Assembly: GCA_039621445.1 (NCBI GenBank)
Contig: CP154954.1
Coordinates: 14,426,387 to 14,447,599, forward strand
Direction of reading: 5' to 3'
DNA: 21,213 nt
From: Euglena gracilis
Taxonomy: Eukaryota
Positions 1-9,696 of this stretch are shown here, one piece after another. The position numbers were made by a program, and so were the translations under genes. Numbering within the stretch: position 1 is the first letter of the stretch; each line of letters opens with the position of its first letter. The notes under the pieces were generated by a model. The model made no database searches. It saw only the letters and a program-made list of their open reading frames with translations, and was not told the DNA's origin.

Positions 1-51
1 AAGTCAGTTCAAAATGCCACAGCCCATCCCAGGGTCGCCCTCGCCTCGCAG

Positions 52-155
52 AGGCCACGGCAGCCCCGGCGGACCGCCTCGCCAAGTTCGTGGGGCAGCG
101 ACTGCCGGCGTGGGCCGTGGCCGCCGCGCAGCGGCTGCCCGCCCGCCCTTTTTGA
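52..155 (+). CDS. Probable terminal coding exon of an upstream gene that starts outside the window
   Basis: Pyrimidine-rich acceptor cctcgcctcgcag| at 51. The phase-1 frame reads (E)ATAAPADRLAKFVGQRLPAWAVAAAQRLPARPF* with mostly G/C third positions and TGA at 153-155. GC-rich putative 3' UTR follows to about 260. Confidence 0.5.
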
Positions 156-267
156 CGGCCGCGGGGCTCCGCCGCCGCCACACCGGCTGGCTGGGGTCGA
201 GACCGCGGAGTGTGGGCGCCGGGACTTGTGCGGCACGCGCACTCGAGTGGCTGCCGGCAGATTTCAT

Positions 268-405
268 TATAATTCAGAAGACTCCCCCCCCCCAGGGGGG
301 TTGGGTGTGTGGGTTGGTCTCGGGCCAAGGGGGGGGGGGTCATTTTCCACTCTGAAAAAACCAGTCAGTCACTTTTTCCTAAGAACCAGTCAGTCAGTCA
401 GGGGA
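268..405. repeat. Dispersed repeat copy with (ac)cagtcagtca motifs, related in reverse orientation to 4628-4885
   Basis: tctgaaaaaaccagtcagtcac...aaccagtcagtcagtc is the approximate reverse complement of gtgactgactggttttttcggag (about 4629-4651) and gtgactggtttttgaacagtggctgactggttttttt (about 4815-4851). Both copies carry C-run/G-run palindromes. Confidence 0.65.
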
Positions 406-559
406 GGCCACTCTTGAATTTGCTTATGTTGGCAAGGCACCATGGTGACACAATGACATTAGAGGTATGTTCTCATGTGTGGCCCAAATTGAGAAAAAGG
501 AGGCATAATTCTATCAGAAGAATGGTCACACAAATGTCCTCGAGTTTGCCTATTCCTTC

Positions 560-985
560 ATTATGAACATTTGCCAAAAAGTCTCAAAAAATTCCCAAAA
601 AATTCCGGCGCCTTCGCTCAGCCAGTTTTCATTTTCGGGCCTACCCCACCTCTGGGGCAGGGGTTTTTTAAGCCCCCCCCCCCCCAGCCCCCCCCCAGAG
701 GGACCCACCCATTTTTCCTCGAAAATGGCCAAAATTGCGAAAAATGCCAAAAATGCCAAAAATAGCACCTTTGTCAAAAATTCGAAAAGTATACTCACTC
801 CCCTCCAGGGGGCCCTCCAGGGGGGGGGGGGCTCAGCCGGACCCCCCCCCCAGGGGACCTCCCGGGGGGAGGTCCCAGGACGGAGGCCTGGGTGTAGGTT
901 TTTAACTTTTTTGTGAGAAATGTTTTTAATGGCCCAATTTTTACGGGTCCCCCCGGGTTCCCTTGGGGGACTTTAAAACAGGTTT
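560..985. repeat. Low-complexity MITE-like repeat region (aaaaatgcc units, C/G-run palindromes)
   Basis: Short tandem aaaaatgcc-type units at 722-763, caggggttttttaagcccc at 658 and cctcccgggggg at 858 resemble motifs at 19010-19093. Termini and TSD not resolved. Confidence 0.45.
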
Positions 986-1163
986 GGCTGTCGTTCCCTA
1001 ACTGCTGCATTTCTTTTTCTTGGTGTGGGATGTGAGTTTTTGACTTCGTTCAGAGGTGAGTGAGTGGGTTCCAGCCGAACTGCCTGCTGACCTGTCTGTT
1101 TATACCATTAACTTTTTTTTTCTGTATTTGCTTAATTGTTTGGGGGATCATTGGTCACCACAG

Positions 1164-4100
1164 CTGCAAGGTCTGTTCCTCCCTACCCCTGGCTGGTGAG
1201 ACACCAGAATTGTTTCAAAAAAGTCAAAATCCAAAAAAAATTTGCCATTTGTCGCTTCAGCAGGAGCGCACCTTTTTCCAGCCTCGGTCCCCCAACGGCG
1301 TGGTTGGGCCCAGACAGGCTCAGGGATGCCTTCTGCTCTCGCAGCATTATGCCCCCCCCCGATGGCACCCTTCCCCAGACCCATTACCCCCCATCGCAGC
1401 ACCGCAATCGTTCCGCTCTAACCCTTGGGCCGCGGCGCAGCGACCGCAGCCGCGGGCCTAGAGGAGCAGCGAGGCCCCTCCTTTCGCCCGCCGCCTGTCG
1501 GAAAGCTTCGCGGGTCCAATTCCCTGGCCGTTTCAAGGGGTGCAATTACTTGTGCCCCCCCACCCCTGTCTGACCAACCCATGGTGCGTTTACCACAAAT
1601 CATTGGTCATAAGCCAAGAAGAGAGGCGCCTGCTGCGTCTCTGGATTCACCAATATATTTCATTAGAAAGTGTGTGCAGCAAGTATGCTGGTCAAGTGCA
1701 GATGAGACCAACGGTGCAGTCCGTAGTTGGGGCGTCAAAAACAATCCGCTCCAGTGTACCTTTTGCACTCCGTTCGCCCGCAACTTGCTGATTCCCCGCT
1801 TCGTTCTTCATCTGTGGTTGATGCCTCCTTCCCCTCTGTTTTCATTATCTTTTTGGTGGCTACACCCGACACCCACATATTTGGGCAATCTTTGAAAAGA
1901 ACGATCATTGAACGTTTGTAAATCAGTACAATGATGAAGCAAAGCATTTTGAATTTTTTTTGTGGTGCTAATTTTATTTGGGCACATTTTCTTCGGGCCT
2001 TCAGAATTTGGGCACGTGATTTCCTCCCATTCAAAATTGTGGGTTCTCCATCACTCCGTCCGCTTGAACCACTCCACGCACCAGGCTGCAATAATACCTA
2101 CATCTTTAATCCTTCCAGGAGCTGGCCTGCCCTCATCATCGGCGATCCCTTCTTCTTGCGCCATTGTACGTTGTACTGGCCAGGACACCCGGACAATCCA
2201 CTAATATTTTTGAGCTTCTGGCTTGCAACGTTAGAGGGGAGGGGAGGCGGCTACATTCGTGTGCGCATGAAAAATATGTCTGTTCAATTGTGTGTTTTTT
2301 TGGAGGCCAAAAGTGCTTCCAGTAGCTTTCAATGGCGTGGTTATGTGTTGCTGCTGAATCAGAAAGAGTGGTGTTTGAAGAGCCCTGGAGCACTGTGAAC
2401 AATGCGGATGAGTAAGATCATATTATGTACATATTGCAAGCAAAGTCTTTTTTAGGGTTCGACTATTAAAAACAAGGTGTACTTTATTTTTGCAAGATGT
2501 ATGGTTTACGGCAGTTGAGTTAAATACCAAGTATTTGAAATTTTTCCCAGCGTTGTGTTTTCGGCAGTTTATTTGAATGTGTAATCTCGAAAAATTGTCA
2601 CATAAAACTCTCCAAGAAATGTGAATAATTTTTTTTATGTTTGGTATGATGGCAAGCAAATTCTGCTTGTTTGTTGTTAACAGTTTTCCTTCTATCCCCC
2701 TGCTTGGTTCCCTTGTTGATCACATAGTTTGTGAGAGTCGACCTTGTCTTGCAGTGTCTCCTTTCTTTCCCTGTAACTCAATGTCAGATGATGAGAGCGG
2801 TGAACGGGGTTTGTCACAACAGATTTGCCGTGTGCATGAGTCTTCGCCTTTTTTGATGGACATAATGAAACCACATTTGCATTCCAGGGCAACAGCTTTT
2901 TTTTCCCCAGAGACCCCAACAAACGGACGCAGACTCGCAGCCAAAGGTTATTTCAATACTCTTATCAATTTCAGATTTCAGACTTTTCTGCAATGAGAGC
3001 GATTTATATTTGTGTTTCTTAGGCCTTCTATATGCACAGAGCAGTCCGATACACTACCCCAATATGGTGAAATCGAGGCCTGATTTTGCCTTTGATGTCG
3101 GGATGGATGGGCCATGGCCAAGTTGACAGTCGGGGAGCATGTTAATTCACATGATGTGCATTTTGTGCACATCTAAAAATCTCGAAATTTTTATTTTATT
3201 TTTTTGCACATTTGAAGTGCCTTGTCCCCACCAGGTCGTGCACATCCCCCGGCGGTGTTCCCAGTGGGTTCTCGAAACAGTCGCGGCAGCGGAAGTGGTG
3301 CCGGAAGAAAGAGCGGCAGAAGACATCGTCCCCGCGGCACCACCCACACCACCCGACGTGCCAACACCTCCCCGTGCCGTGGCCGACAATCTTGTGTCGT
3401 GGCAGACCAATCAACCACGTTGCATATATTCCACATTGCACAATGCCATTCCTCCCCAATGCCAAATATGGGCAGAATTTCAAGATCCGCATGGGGCGGT
3501 TATACATTTTTCATGTTCATATTTTTTTGAATTTTCTATTTTGTCAGAAAATTCATCGACCTAAAGGTCACCATTTTCCTTTGCCTGAACGTTTCTCAGC
3601 TTTCTCATCTTTCTCATCTTTGACCATCTTGAAGCATATGTCAAATTTTTGGAGCATTTTGCTTCGACGCCTTTTGCTTTTTGAAACATGTGTGTGCTGT
3701 CCAAGAAATGGGAGAGCCCTGCATTTTGTAATCAAACCAAGGGCCCCGTTAGGGGCTATACATTTGCGCACCTGCATGGGTTTTTTATGAACAATTTTCT
3801 GATTGTGCAGGTGTGGCCCGAGGGGAAAGGCGTGTGTATGCTTTGGGTACCCTCCGCAACTTTTGTTGTATCTTCCCAGCAACACTGAATCCTCTTCAGG
3901 TCGGCCCGCTCCTGCAGCATGTTTTTATTTTGCCATGAAATGTAGCGCGTAAATGTGGTACGTAAATGTAAACCTACGTATAAATGGATAAATGTTTGTA
4001 AGTGTAGTGTGTTTTATTTAGGCATGAAATTTGGCATGTAAATGTGGTATTTAAATGTAAACCAACGTATAAATGGAAAAAATGTATGTAAATGTGGTGT

Positions 4101-4500
4101 GTTTTTTTTATTTGGACATGAAATGCAGCATGTAAATGTAGTATGTAAGTGTAAATAAAGGTATAAATGCCTAAAGGTGTGGTAATGTAGTGTGTTTTTA
4201 TTTGTACATGGCCTGAAATGTCGCAGTGCGGCTTTCGGCTGTTTTTCCGCCGTCCCTCCCTAATGCAACCTGGCCACAGGACGGTCCCACCCTCCTCCCC
4301 TCGACCCCACCCTGCAGTGCGTGTGCTGTACCAAGCTGAGCCTCTACGTCCACGAGCAGGAGACGCCCCAGGACAGGGCGTCTCCTCATTTGGAGGGACC
4401 CCACCCTCTGGGGGGGCAGCCACCCAGCAGCCTGTTCCCGGACCCCGCTCTCCCCCTCGACTCACTGCTCGGCTGCCCAGTCTGCCAGCACCCTCAAAGA
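1164..4500 (+). CDS. Tentative upstream exons of the F-box-like gene (candidates 1164-1195, ~1261-1539, 2119-2165, 2911-2946, 3235-3398, 4280-~4500)
   Basis: GC-rich islands bounded by AG/GT: ccacag|..|gtgag, ccttccag|..|gtacgt, ttttccccag|..|gttatt, ccccaccag|..|gtggca, ccacag|. Exons 2119-2165, 2911-2946, 3235-3398 and 4280 onward join in one open frame (ELACPHHRRSLLLAPL-DPNKRTQTRSQR-SCTSPGG...PTILCR-RSHPPPLDPTLQCVCCTKLSLYVHEQETPQD). The start codon, the frame of 1261-1539 and the donor leading to 4917 are unresolved. Confidence 0.35.
3920..4211. repeat. Degenerate tandem repeat, about 90-bp unit, about 3 copies
   Basis: The unit start tgttt(t)attt..catgaaat recurs near 3920, 4009 and 4100, with a partial copy near 4192. 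Internal taaatgt motifs. Confidence 0.75.
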
Positions 4501-4627
4501 AAGCCCAACTCTTATCAAAAAATTCAAAATTTCAAAAATAAAAAGTTCAGTTTTTAAAAAGGAATTCGAAAAAATACCGCCTGTGAGCTGGACCATTCCG
4601 TTGCTCAAGATGCATCCGACCCGAACG

Positions 4628-4885
4628 GGTGACTGACTGGTTTTTTCGGAGTGACTGACTGCTTTTAGGCTCCGGACCCCCCCCTCCCCGGGGTGGGTCG
4701 GCCAGGATACCTGGGGCGAATATTTTTTGACCAAAATCCTTTGTATTTGGTCATTTATGGCCGAGTGACCAAAGTGACTGATCCCCCCCGGGGGGGGGAG
4801 AGGGCAGGAACTGGGTGACTGGTTTTTGAACAGTGGCTGACTGGTTTTTTGAAATTGGAAGAATACCCCCCTCCCCCGGGGGGGT
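4628..4885. repeat. Intronic repeat with gtgactgactgg motifs, same family as 268-405
   Basis: Repeated gtgactg(actgg)tttt motifs and cccc..gggg palindromes near 4783-4798 and 4866-4884. Confidence 0.65.
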
Positions 4886-4916
4886 AAGCAATGGTATGCG
4901 TTGCACCCCCCGGCAG

Positions 4917-7683
4917 GTCGTTTCGCAACGCCCTGCCGCCGAAGGACCGCATCCTGGCGGAGGACGAGGAGGAGCCGCCTTGTACGGGCCCCATCAACAC
5001 CCGCCTCCCCTACCGTGACCTGGTCGTTGCCCTGAAAGGTGCGCCGGTGCGAGTTCTCTCGTGCTGTTCACCGCGGGGCAAGTTAACCGTTGTCTTCAAT
5101 TGACCTTGTTTTGTCTCTTTTTTTTTTGTTCAACGCTTCGAGTGGTTCCATGTGATTTCCTTTGGGGCAGTTCAACCAGGGCCACAGGGCCAAGGGCCAA
5201 CAGACGCCCAAACTGTCAACTGCAAAATTATTATTATTATTATTATTATTATCCGTAATCATAAACCGGTGCCAAAACGTCAGAAAAATGTGTTTTCGAC
5301 TTTTTAATTTTTGACCCTGTCGACCCACGGATCAGCCTTTGGCCATCCCTTGGCCCAAGGGCAGTCTTTAGGGGAAAAAGGCTGATATCCAACAGGTAAT
5401 ATTTTTTTCAGTCGTCCGTTCCGATGGTGGTGAAGGTGCGGATATCCCTGAAATCCACCCGTTTTTTTAACCCAAAATACGGCCGTTTTGCGCCATTTTT
5501 TCCCTGTGGATTTTTCATTGAATGTGCTCCAACAGTATTTTTTGTCTTTTTTCTTTTCTTACTGCCCTGCCGTCATCGGGCAGGTCTGCGCCACTGACCC
5601 ACACTGCCAACCCCTTACCCTCCAGGGGGGCCGGCACTGCACTGCAACTCCGTGCAGCCTCCCCGCGTCCTGTCCCTCAGAGCCGGCAACGGGCCGGCTG
5701 AGCCCCCTGGAGCGCTGCGGGACCGACGTGCTGGATGCCATCTTTGCGTTCTGTGACGCGGTCAGGAGGTTTCTGAGGCCCGAAGGCCCCAGCAACCATC
5801 ACCCACCTGCTATTTTTTTTTATCCATCCACAGCTTTCATGTCTGCGGTAATCAAATTGCCCCAGCTAAGCTGGTTTGAAACCAAAATTCTGGGAGTTTA
5901 ATTTATTTGTGGGAATTGGGGGCCACATTTGCATTTCAAAAACCGCCACCATTGAGCCTTTAGGGGCTCGCTTGCAAAAAAAAAACTGGTTAAAATTTGC
6001 AAACCATGCACATCACGTTTTTTTTTTTTACACAGTATTTCATTTCCCCGCCGACTCCGGCCTGACAACCTGCAGAGCCCCCCCCCCCCTTGATGGACCC
6101 ACCCCCAGCAGGGGAGCCGTCGGGGGTCCTGCCCACACCACCACACTTCTCCTTGCGGGGCTGGGTGCGTGGGGGTGTTCCAACAAACCCCCCTGGACGC
6201 GGTGGACCTCATCATCTGCCGCTTCGTGTGCCCGGCGTGGTGGGCCGGGGCCAGCGGCCGGCTGTACTTCGGCGTGCTGGAGCAGAGCCGGACGGGCCCC
6301 CGGTGTGTGACGTCGGCCCGGGGCAAGTGGGCGCATGGGTGTTGCCGGTCGTTTATTTCGGGGGACGGAAAACCCAGCGTGTCACCGTCGACACTTTGCT
6401 CATTCATCGATTTTATTTATGGGGTTTGGTGGGTTTTTGAGTGTGGGTGGGTGAGTCGGGTCGCTGGACCCCCCACCCCTCCTGCCACCGCGGAGGGTGG
6501 GGAGCGCTATGGGACAATGAAGCCGAGCCGAGCCAAAAGCCACACCAGGGGTTTCGGCTTGTTTGAGGTGCTGTTTGGATGGGTGGGTGGGTAGGTTGAC
6601 CCCCGCGCGGGTTTTATGGTTGCTTGGGTTTTCAATAATAGTGGGTGGGTGGCTTTGGGCCCGGTCCCCCCCCCCCCAAGTGAATCACTGGCTTCATCCC
6701 ACGGCTCACAGAACCGTGCATTTCATTGACATTTCGATAGAAATATTTCGAAAGATTATGTATTTTTTGTGTGGGTCTTTCTGCGAATAACTGTCCAAGG
6801 TCGCCCACTCCTCTGTGTTGCAGGCTGCTGGGCAAGGTCATGCAGGCGCAGGTGCGGGTGGCCACGTCCGGCTTCCGCACGCAGCACGAGGCGCACTGCT
6901 TCCTGGAGGCCAAGTGCCTCCAGCTAACCCCCCCCCCCCCAAATAATACCCCCCCGGGGAATTATTTTTTTGCCCGAAGTCCTGGCCCGAAGGGGGGTAT
7001 TATTTGGGGGGGGGTAATAGCACCCCAAAATTTTCGAAATTTTTCGAAGTCCTGTAAGACCCAAAATAGCATACAAAGCCCCCCCTTTGGGGTCATTTTT
7101 TGTCCTTTCTCATAAAATGTAGCATTTTTGGAGGCCAGGTGATCCAGAAAAATCGATGTTTTTCGTAATTTGTTGTCAGAGATTGTCAGAGAGACATTTT
7201 TACCCAAAATTTCAGGTCAAAATCCGGGTCGTCGGCCCGAGATTGGGGGGGGGGTATTAATTCGGTGGCCGAAGTCGGACCCCAAGGGGGGGTATTATTT
7301 GTTTTGGGAAGGTAGGCCCAAAAGCTGCCAAAAAAGGCCAAAGTGTGGGCAAAAGTGCCCAAAAACGGCCAAAAGGAGTGCCAAAAAGTGGCTAAGGGTG
7401 GCCATGTTGTTGGACAGTGGTGGGCAAAAATGGCTAAATGTGTGGCAAAAGTTGACAAAAGTGCACAAAAGTGGCCAAAAGTCATCTTTGTCTCAGAACA
7501 AATTCTTCCAATATTGTGGCCGGGACCCCACCTCCAGTGTTCAAACCCGACAAATCCCGACAAATCCCGGCAAATCCTGTCAACACCACCAAAATGACAA
7601 GTGCCTGGAAGTGCTTGCTGTCGGCACAGGAGAAGACGGAGCGCCGACGGTCGTCGAAGCGGCACGACCAGGCATCTGCTTAA
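4917..7683 (+). CDS. F-box-like protein, C-terminal exons 4917-5038, 5681-5759, 6201-6302, 6824-6915, 7613-7683
   Basis: Exons join in frame: SFRNALPPKDRILAEDEEEPPCTGPINTRLPYRDLVVALK-EPATGRLSPLERCGTDVLDAIFAFCDA-VDLIICRFVCPAWWAGASGRLYFGVLEQSRTGPR-LLGKVMQAQVRVATSGFRTQHEAHCFLEAKC-LLSAQEKTERRRSSKRHDQASA*. Introns 5039-5680 (gtgcg..ctcag) and 6303-6823 (gtgtg..tgcag) are GT-AG and phase-consistent. LERCGTDVLDAIFAFCDAVDLIICRFVCPAW matches the F-box pattern L..LP.E++..IF.+L...+L.....VC+.W. The last exon is less certain. Confidence 0.78.
5228..5252. repeat. (TTA)n microsatellite
   Basis: About 8 tandem TTA units. Confidence 0.9.
5760..6200 (+). other. Euglenid-type nonconventional intron
   Basis: Borders c|ggtCAG...CTGgacgc|g: Y|R at both ends, CAG at +4..+6 (5763-5765), CTG at -8..-6 (6193-6195). 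The ends pair (caggaggttt with aaacccccctg; cccagc with gctggg further in). There is no AG at the 3' junction. Removal restores the F-box motif in frame. Confidence 0.85.
6916..7612 (+). other. Probable second nonconventional intron, repeat-filled
   Basis: t|gcctcCAG...CTGgaagt|g has Y|R borders and paired ends. The ccag...ctgg core (6920-7608) is flanked by aagtgcct (6912-6919) and aagtgctt (7609-7616). The exact boundary can slide within aagtgc. CAG lies at +6 rather than the usual +4. Confidence 0.55.
7315..7580. repeat. Short tandem repeats (ccaaaaagtgg-like units, then cccgacaaat x3)
   Basis: Degenerate 10-12 bp units over about 7315-7482, and cccgacaaat/cccggcaaat at 7546-7575. Confidence 0.75.
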
Positions 7684-7710
7684 CGGTTGACAGTCCCCCC
7701 CGGAGGCGAT

Positions 7711-8105
7711 GCTGGCAAGTCCCAAATTGATTAATTAATTGGGGCTAGTCCCAATTTGACTGTTGGAAATGAGACGCCCCCTCCCCCCCTGGCGAGGGTC
7801 CCGCTAACAACCGGAAAACCGGGACCCACTGACCAGAAATTTTTGGAACCTCAAACCCCACCATTAATGCACATTTCTGGCATTTTTTTTTTGGGATTCT
7901 GTGGAACAAAATGAGGCAAAGAAAGCTCATTAAAAGTCTTATTTCCATCTCCGGGGGGTAGCCCTTGAGGAATTTTTTTCCAGTGGGAGGGACCCCCGGA
8001 CCACCCAGTCCAGGCCAGTGGCGGGTGGGGGGGGGTAAGGCTGGGGAGTTCTAGTGGATAGTAAGTGGTGTTGGCCACTGGACCCCCTTAAGCAAAAGCT
8101 TGGGC
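7711..8105 (-). other. Candidate nonconventional intron on the minus strand, ending in a dispersed-repeat terminus
   Basis: On the minus strand cat|gccCAA...TTGccagc|atc gives Y|R borders, CAA at +4..+6 and TTG at -8..-6, joined in phase 0 into an open frame. Segment 7969-8102 resembles 20941-21072. Confidence 0.4.
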
Positions 8106-8376
8106 ATGACCGCATGCCGGCGGAAGTGCGAGCTGCTCAGGCTGTGCCGCGGTGCTGGCACCGCTTCTTTCAAGTGTACTCATCATTTTTGGGAAGAAGC
8201 GTGCGTGTACTGCAGTCCAACACAACAGCATCAGAAATGTGCTACGATTTAATGAGTGAATGGTGTCCGAACACACTACATACATACACACGTCATACAA
8301 TACACACGTCATATACAATACATTACATAGACACACACGTCGTATGTATGTATGTATGGATGGATGGATGGATGCC

Positions 8377-8441
<65 letters not shown>

Positions 8442-8444
8442 GCA

Positions 8445-8475
<31 letters not shown>

Positions 8476-9696
8476 ATGTATGTATGTATGTATGTATGTA
8501 TGTATGTATGTATGTATGTATGTATGTATGTATGTATGTATGTATGTATGTATGTATGTATGTATGTATGTATGTATGTATGTATGTATGTATGTATGTA
8601 TGTATGTATGTATGTATGTATGTATGTATGTATGTATGTATGTATGTATGTATGTATGTATGTATATATGTATGTATGTATGTATGTATGCATGCATGCA
8701 TGCATGTATGTATGTATGTATGTATGTATGTATGTATGTATGTATGTATGTATGTATGTATGTATGTGTGTGTGTGTATGTATGTATGTATGTATGTATG
8801 TATGTATGTATGTATGTATGTATGTATGTATGTATGTATGTATGTATGTATGTATGTATGTATGTATGTATGTATGTATGTATGTATGTATGTATGTATG
8901 TATGTATGTATGTATGTATGTATGTATGTATGTATGTGTGTATGTGTGTATGTGTGTATGTATGTATGTATGTATGTGTGTATGTGTGTATGTGTGTATG
9001 TGTGTATGTGTGTATGTATGTATGTATGTATGTATGTATGTATGTATGTATGTATGTATGTATGTATGTATGTATGTATGTATGTATGTATGTATGTATG
9101 TATGTATGTATGTATGTATGTATGTATGTATGTATGTATGTATGTATGTATGTATGTATGTATGTATGTATGTATGTATGTATGTATGTGTGTGTGTGTA
9201 TGTGTGTGGGCATGTATGCATGTATGCATGTTTGCGTACCGAAGCTCTGGAGCTCTGAAGAAGCAGAAGCTGGCGGCGCCCCCTGCCAGTCGGCTATTGC
9301 CCCCTCGCAGTGCGGAAGGGAATGCGGTTCTTCTTCCCGTACGTAGTGTTCCAGAAAGGGATGATGGCCACGCAGCTGAGTTGATAACATATAAATTCCG
9401 GTCAAAACTATCAAATATATTGAGGGGGGTGCATATCGGGCCCAGGCGCCCAACCGACCCCTCAAATAGCCTGCTAATTTTGATTTAATCCACCCCTTCC
9501 TGACCAATTGACACATGCCCACCACCCCAAGTGCTTCGGTGGGGAGGATGTCTCCTTTTTTAACTAGCCATCTTGGCTGAAGTTGGGGGCGGTGGCAGCC
9601 ATCTGCGGAGTGCGTCAATACCGTAGTCTTATGGGCAAGGGATCCAGTGAGTTCGTTTCACCCAAAAGCAGGAAGTGGGGGCTGGTGGACTTCGTC
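8088..9696 (-). CDS. Tentative multi-exon gene of unknown function (exons 9696-9662, 9602-9523/9526, 9375-9240, 8209-8106 or to stop at 8088)
   Basis: GT-AG junctions (cacacag|, |gtgaaa..tattgac..ccgcag|, ctcag|, |gtacgc..ctgcag|) are phase-consistent and give TKSTSPHFLLL-DGCHRPQLQPRWLVKKGDILPTEALG(V)-LRGHHPFLEHYVREEEPHSLPHCEGAIADWQGAPPASASSELQSF-VHARFFPKMMSTLERSGASTAAQPEQLALPPACGH. An alternative frame in 9375-9294 (CVAIIPFWNTTYGKKNRIPFRTARGQ*) cannot be excluded. Further upstream exons are likely near 10060-10232 and beyond. Confidence 0.42.
8342..9230. repeat. Compound microsatellite (TATG)n with (GATG)n, (TCTG)n and (TG)n blocks
   Basis: Directly visible, about 890 bp. It accounts for all six long YVCM/HTYI ORFs and lies in the predicted intron 8210-9239. 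Confidence 0.98.

Noticed and set aside
14-355. 113-aa ATG ORF as a gene start
   Set aside because: Arg/Gly/Pro-rich and runs into a repeat; the frame at 52-155 has a better acceptor and codon pattern.
2300-3910. Decayed Cys-rich transposase on the minus strand with loose similarity to 17650-18500
   Set aside because: Only a few short word matches with inconsistent spacing. The GC-rich parts are better explained as plus-strand exons. A tBLASTx or HMM search would be needed.
8054-9618. Six long ORFs of 306-431 aa (YVCM/HTYI repeats)
   Set aside because: Translations of the stop-free TATG microsatellite.
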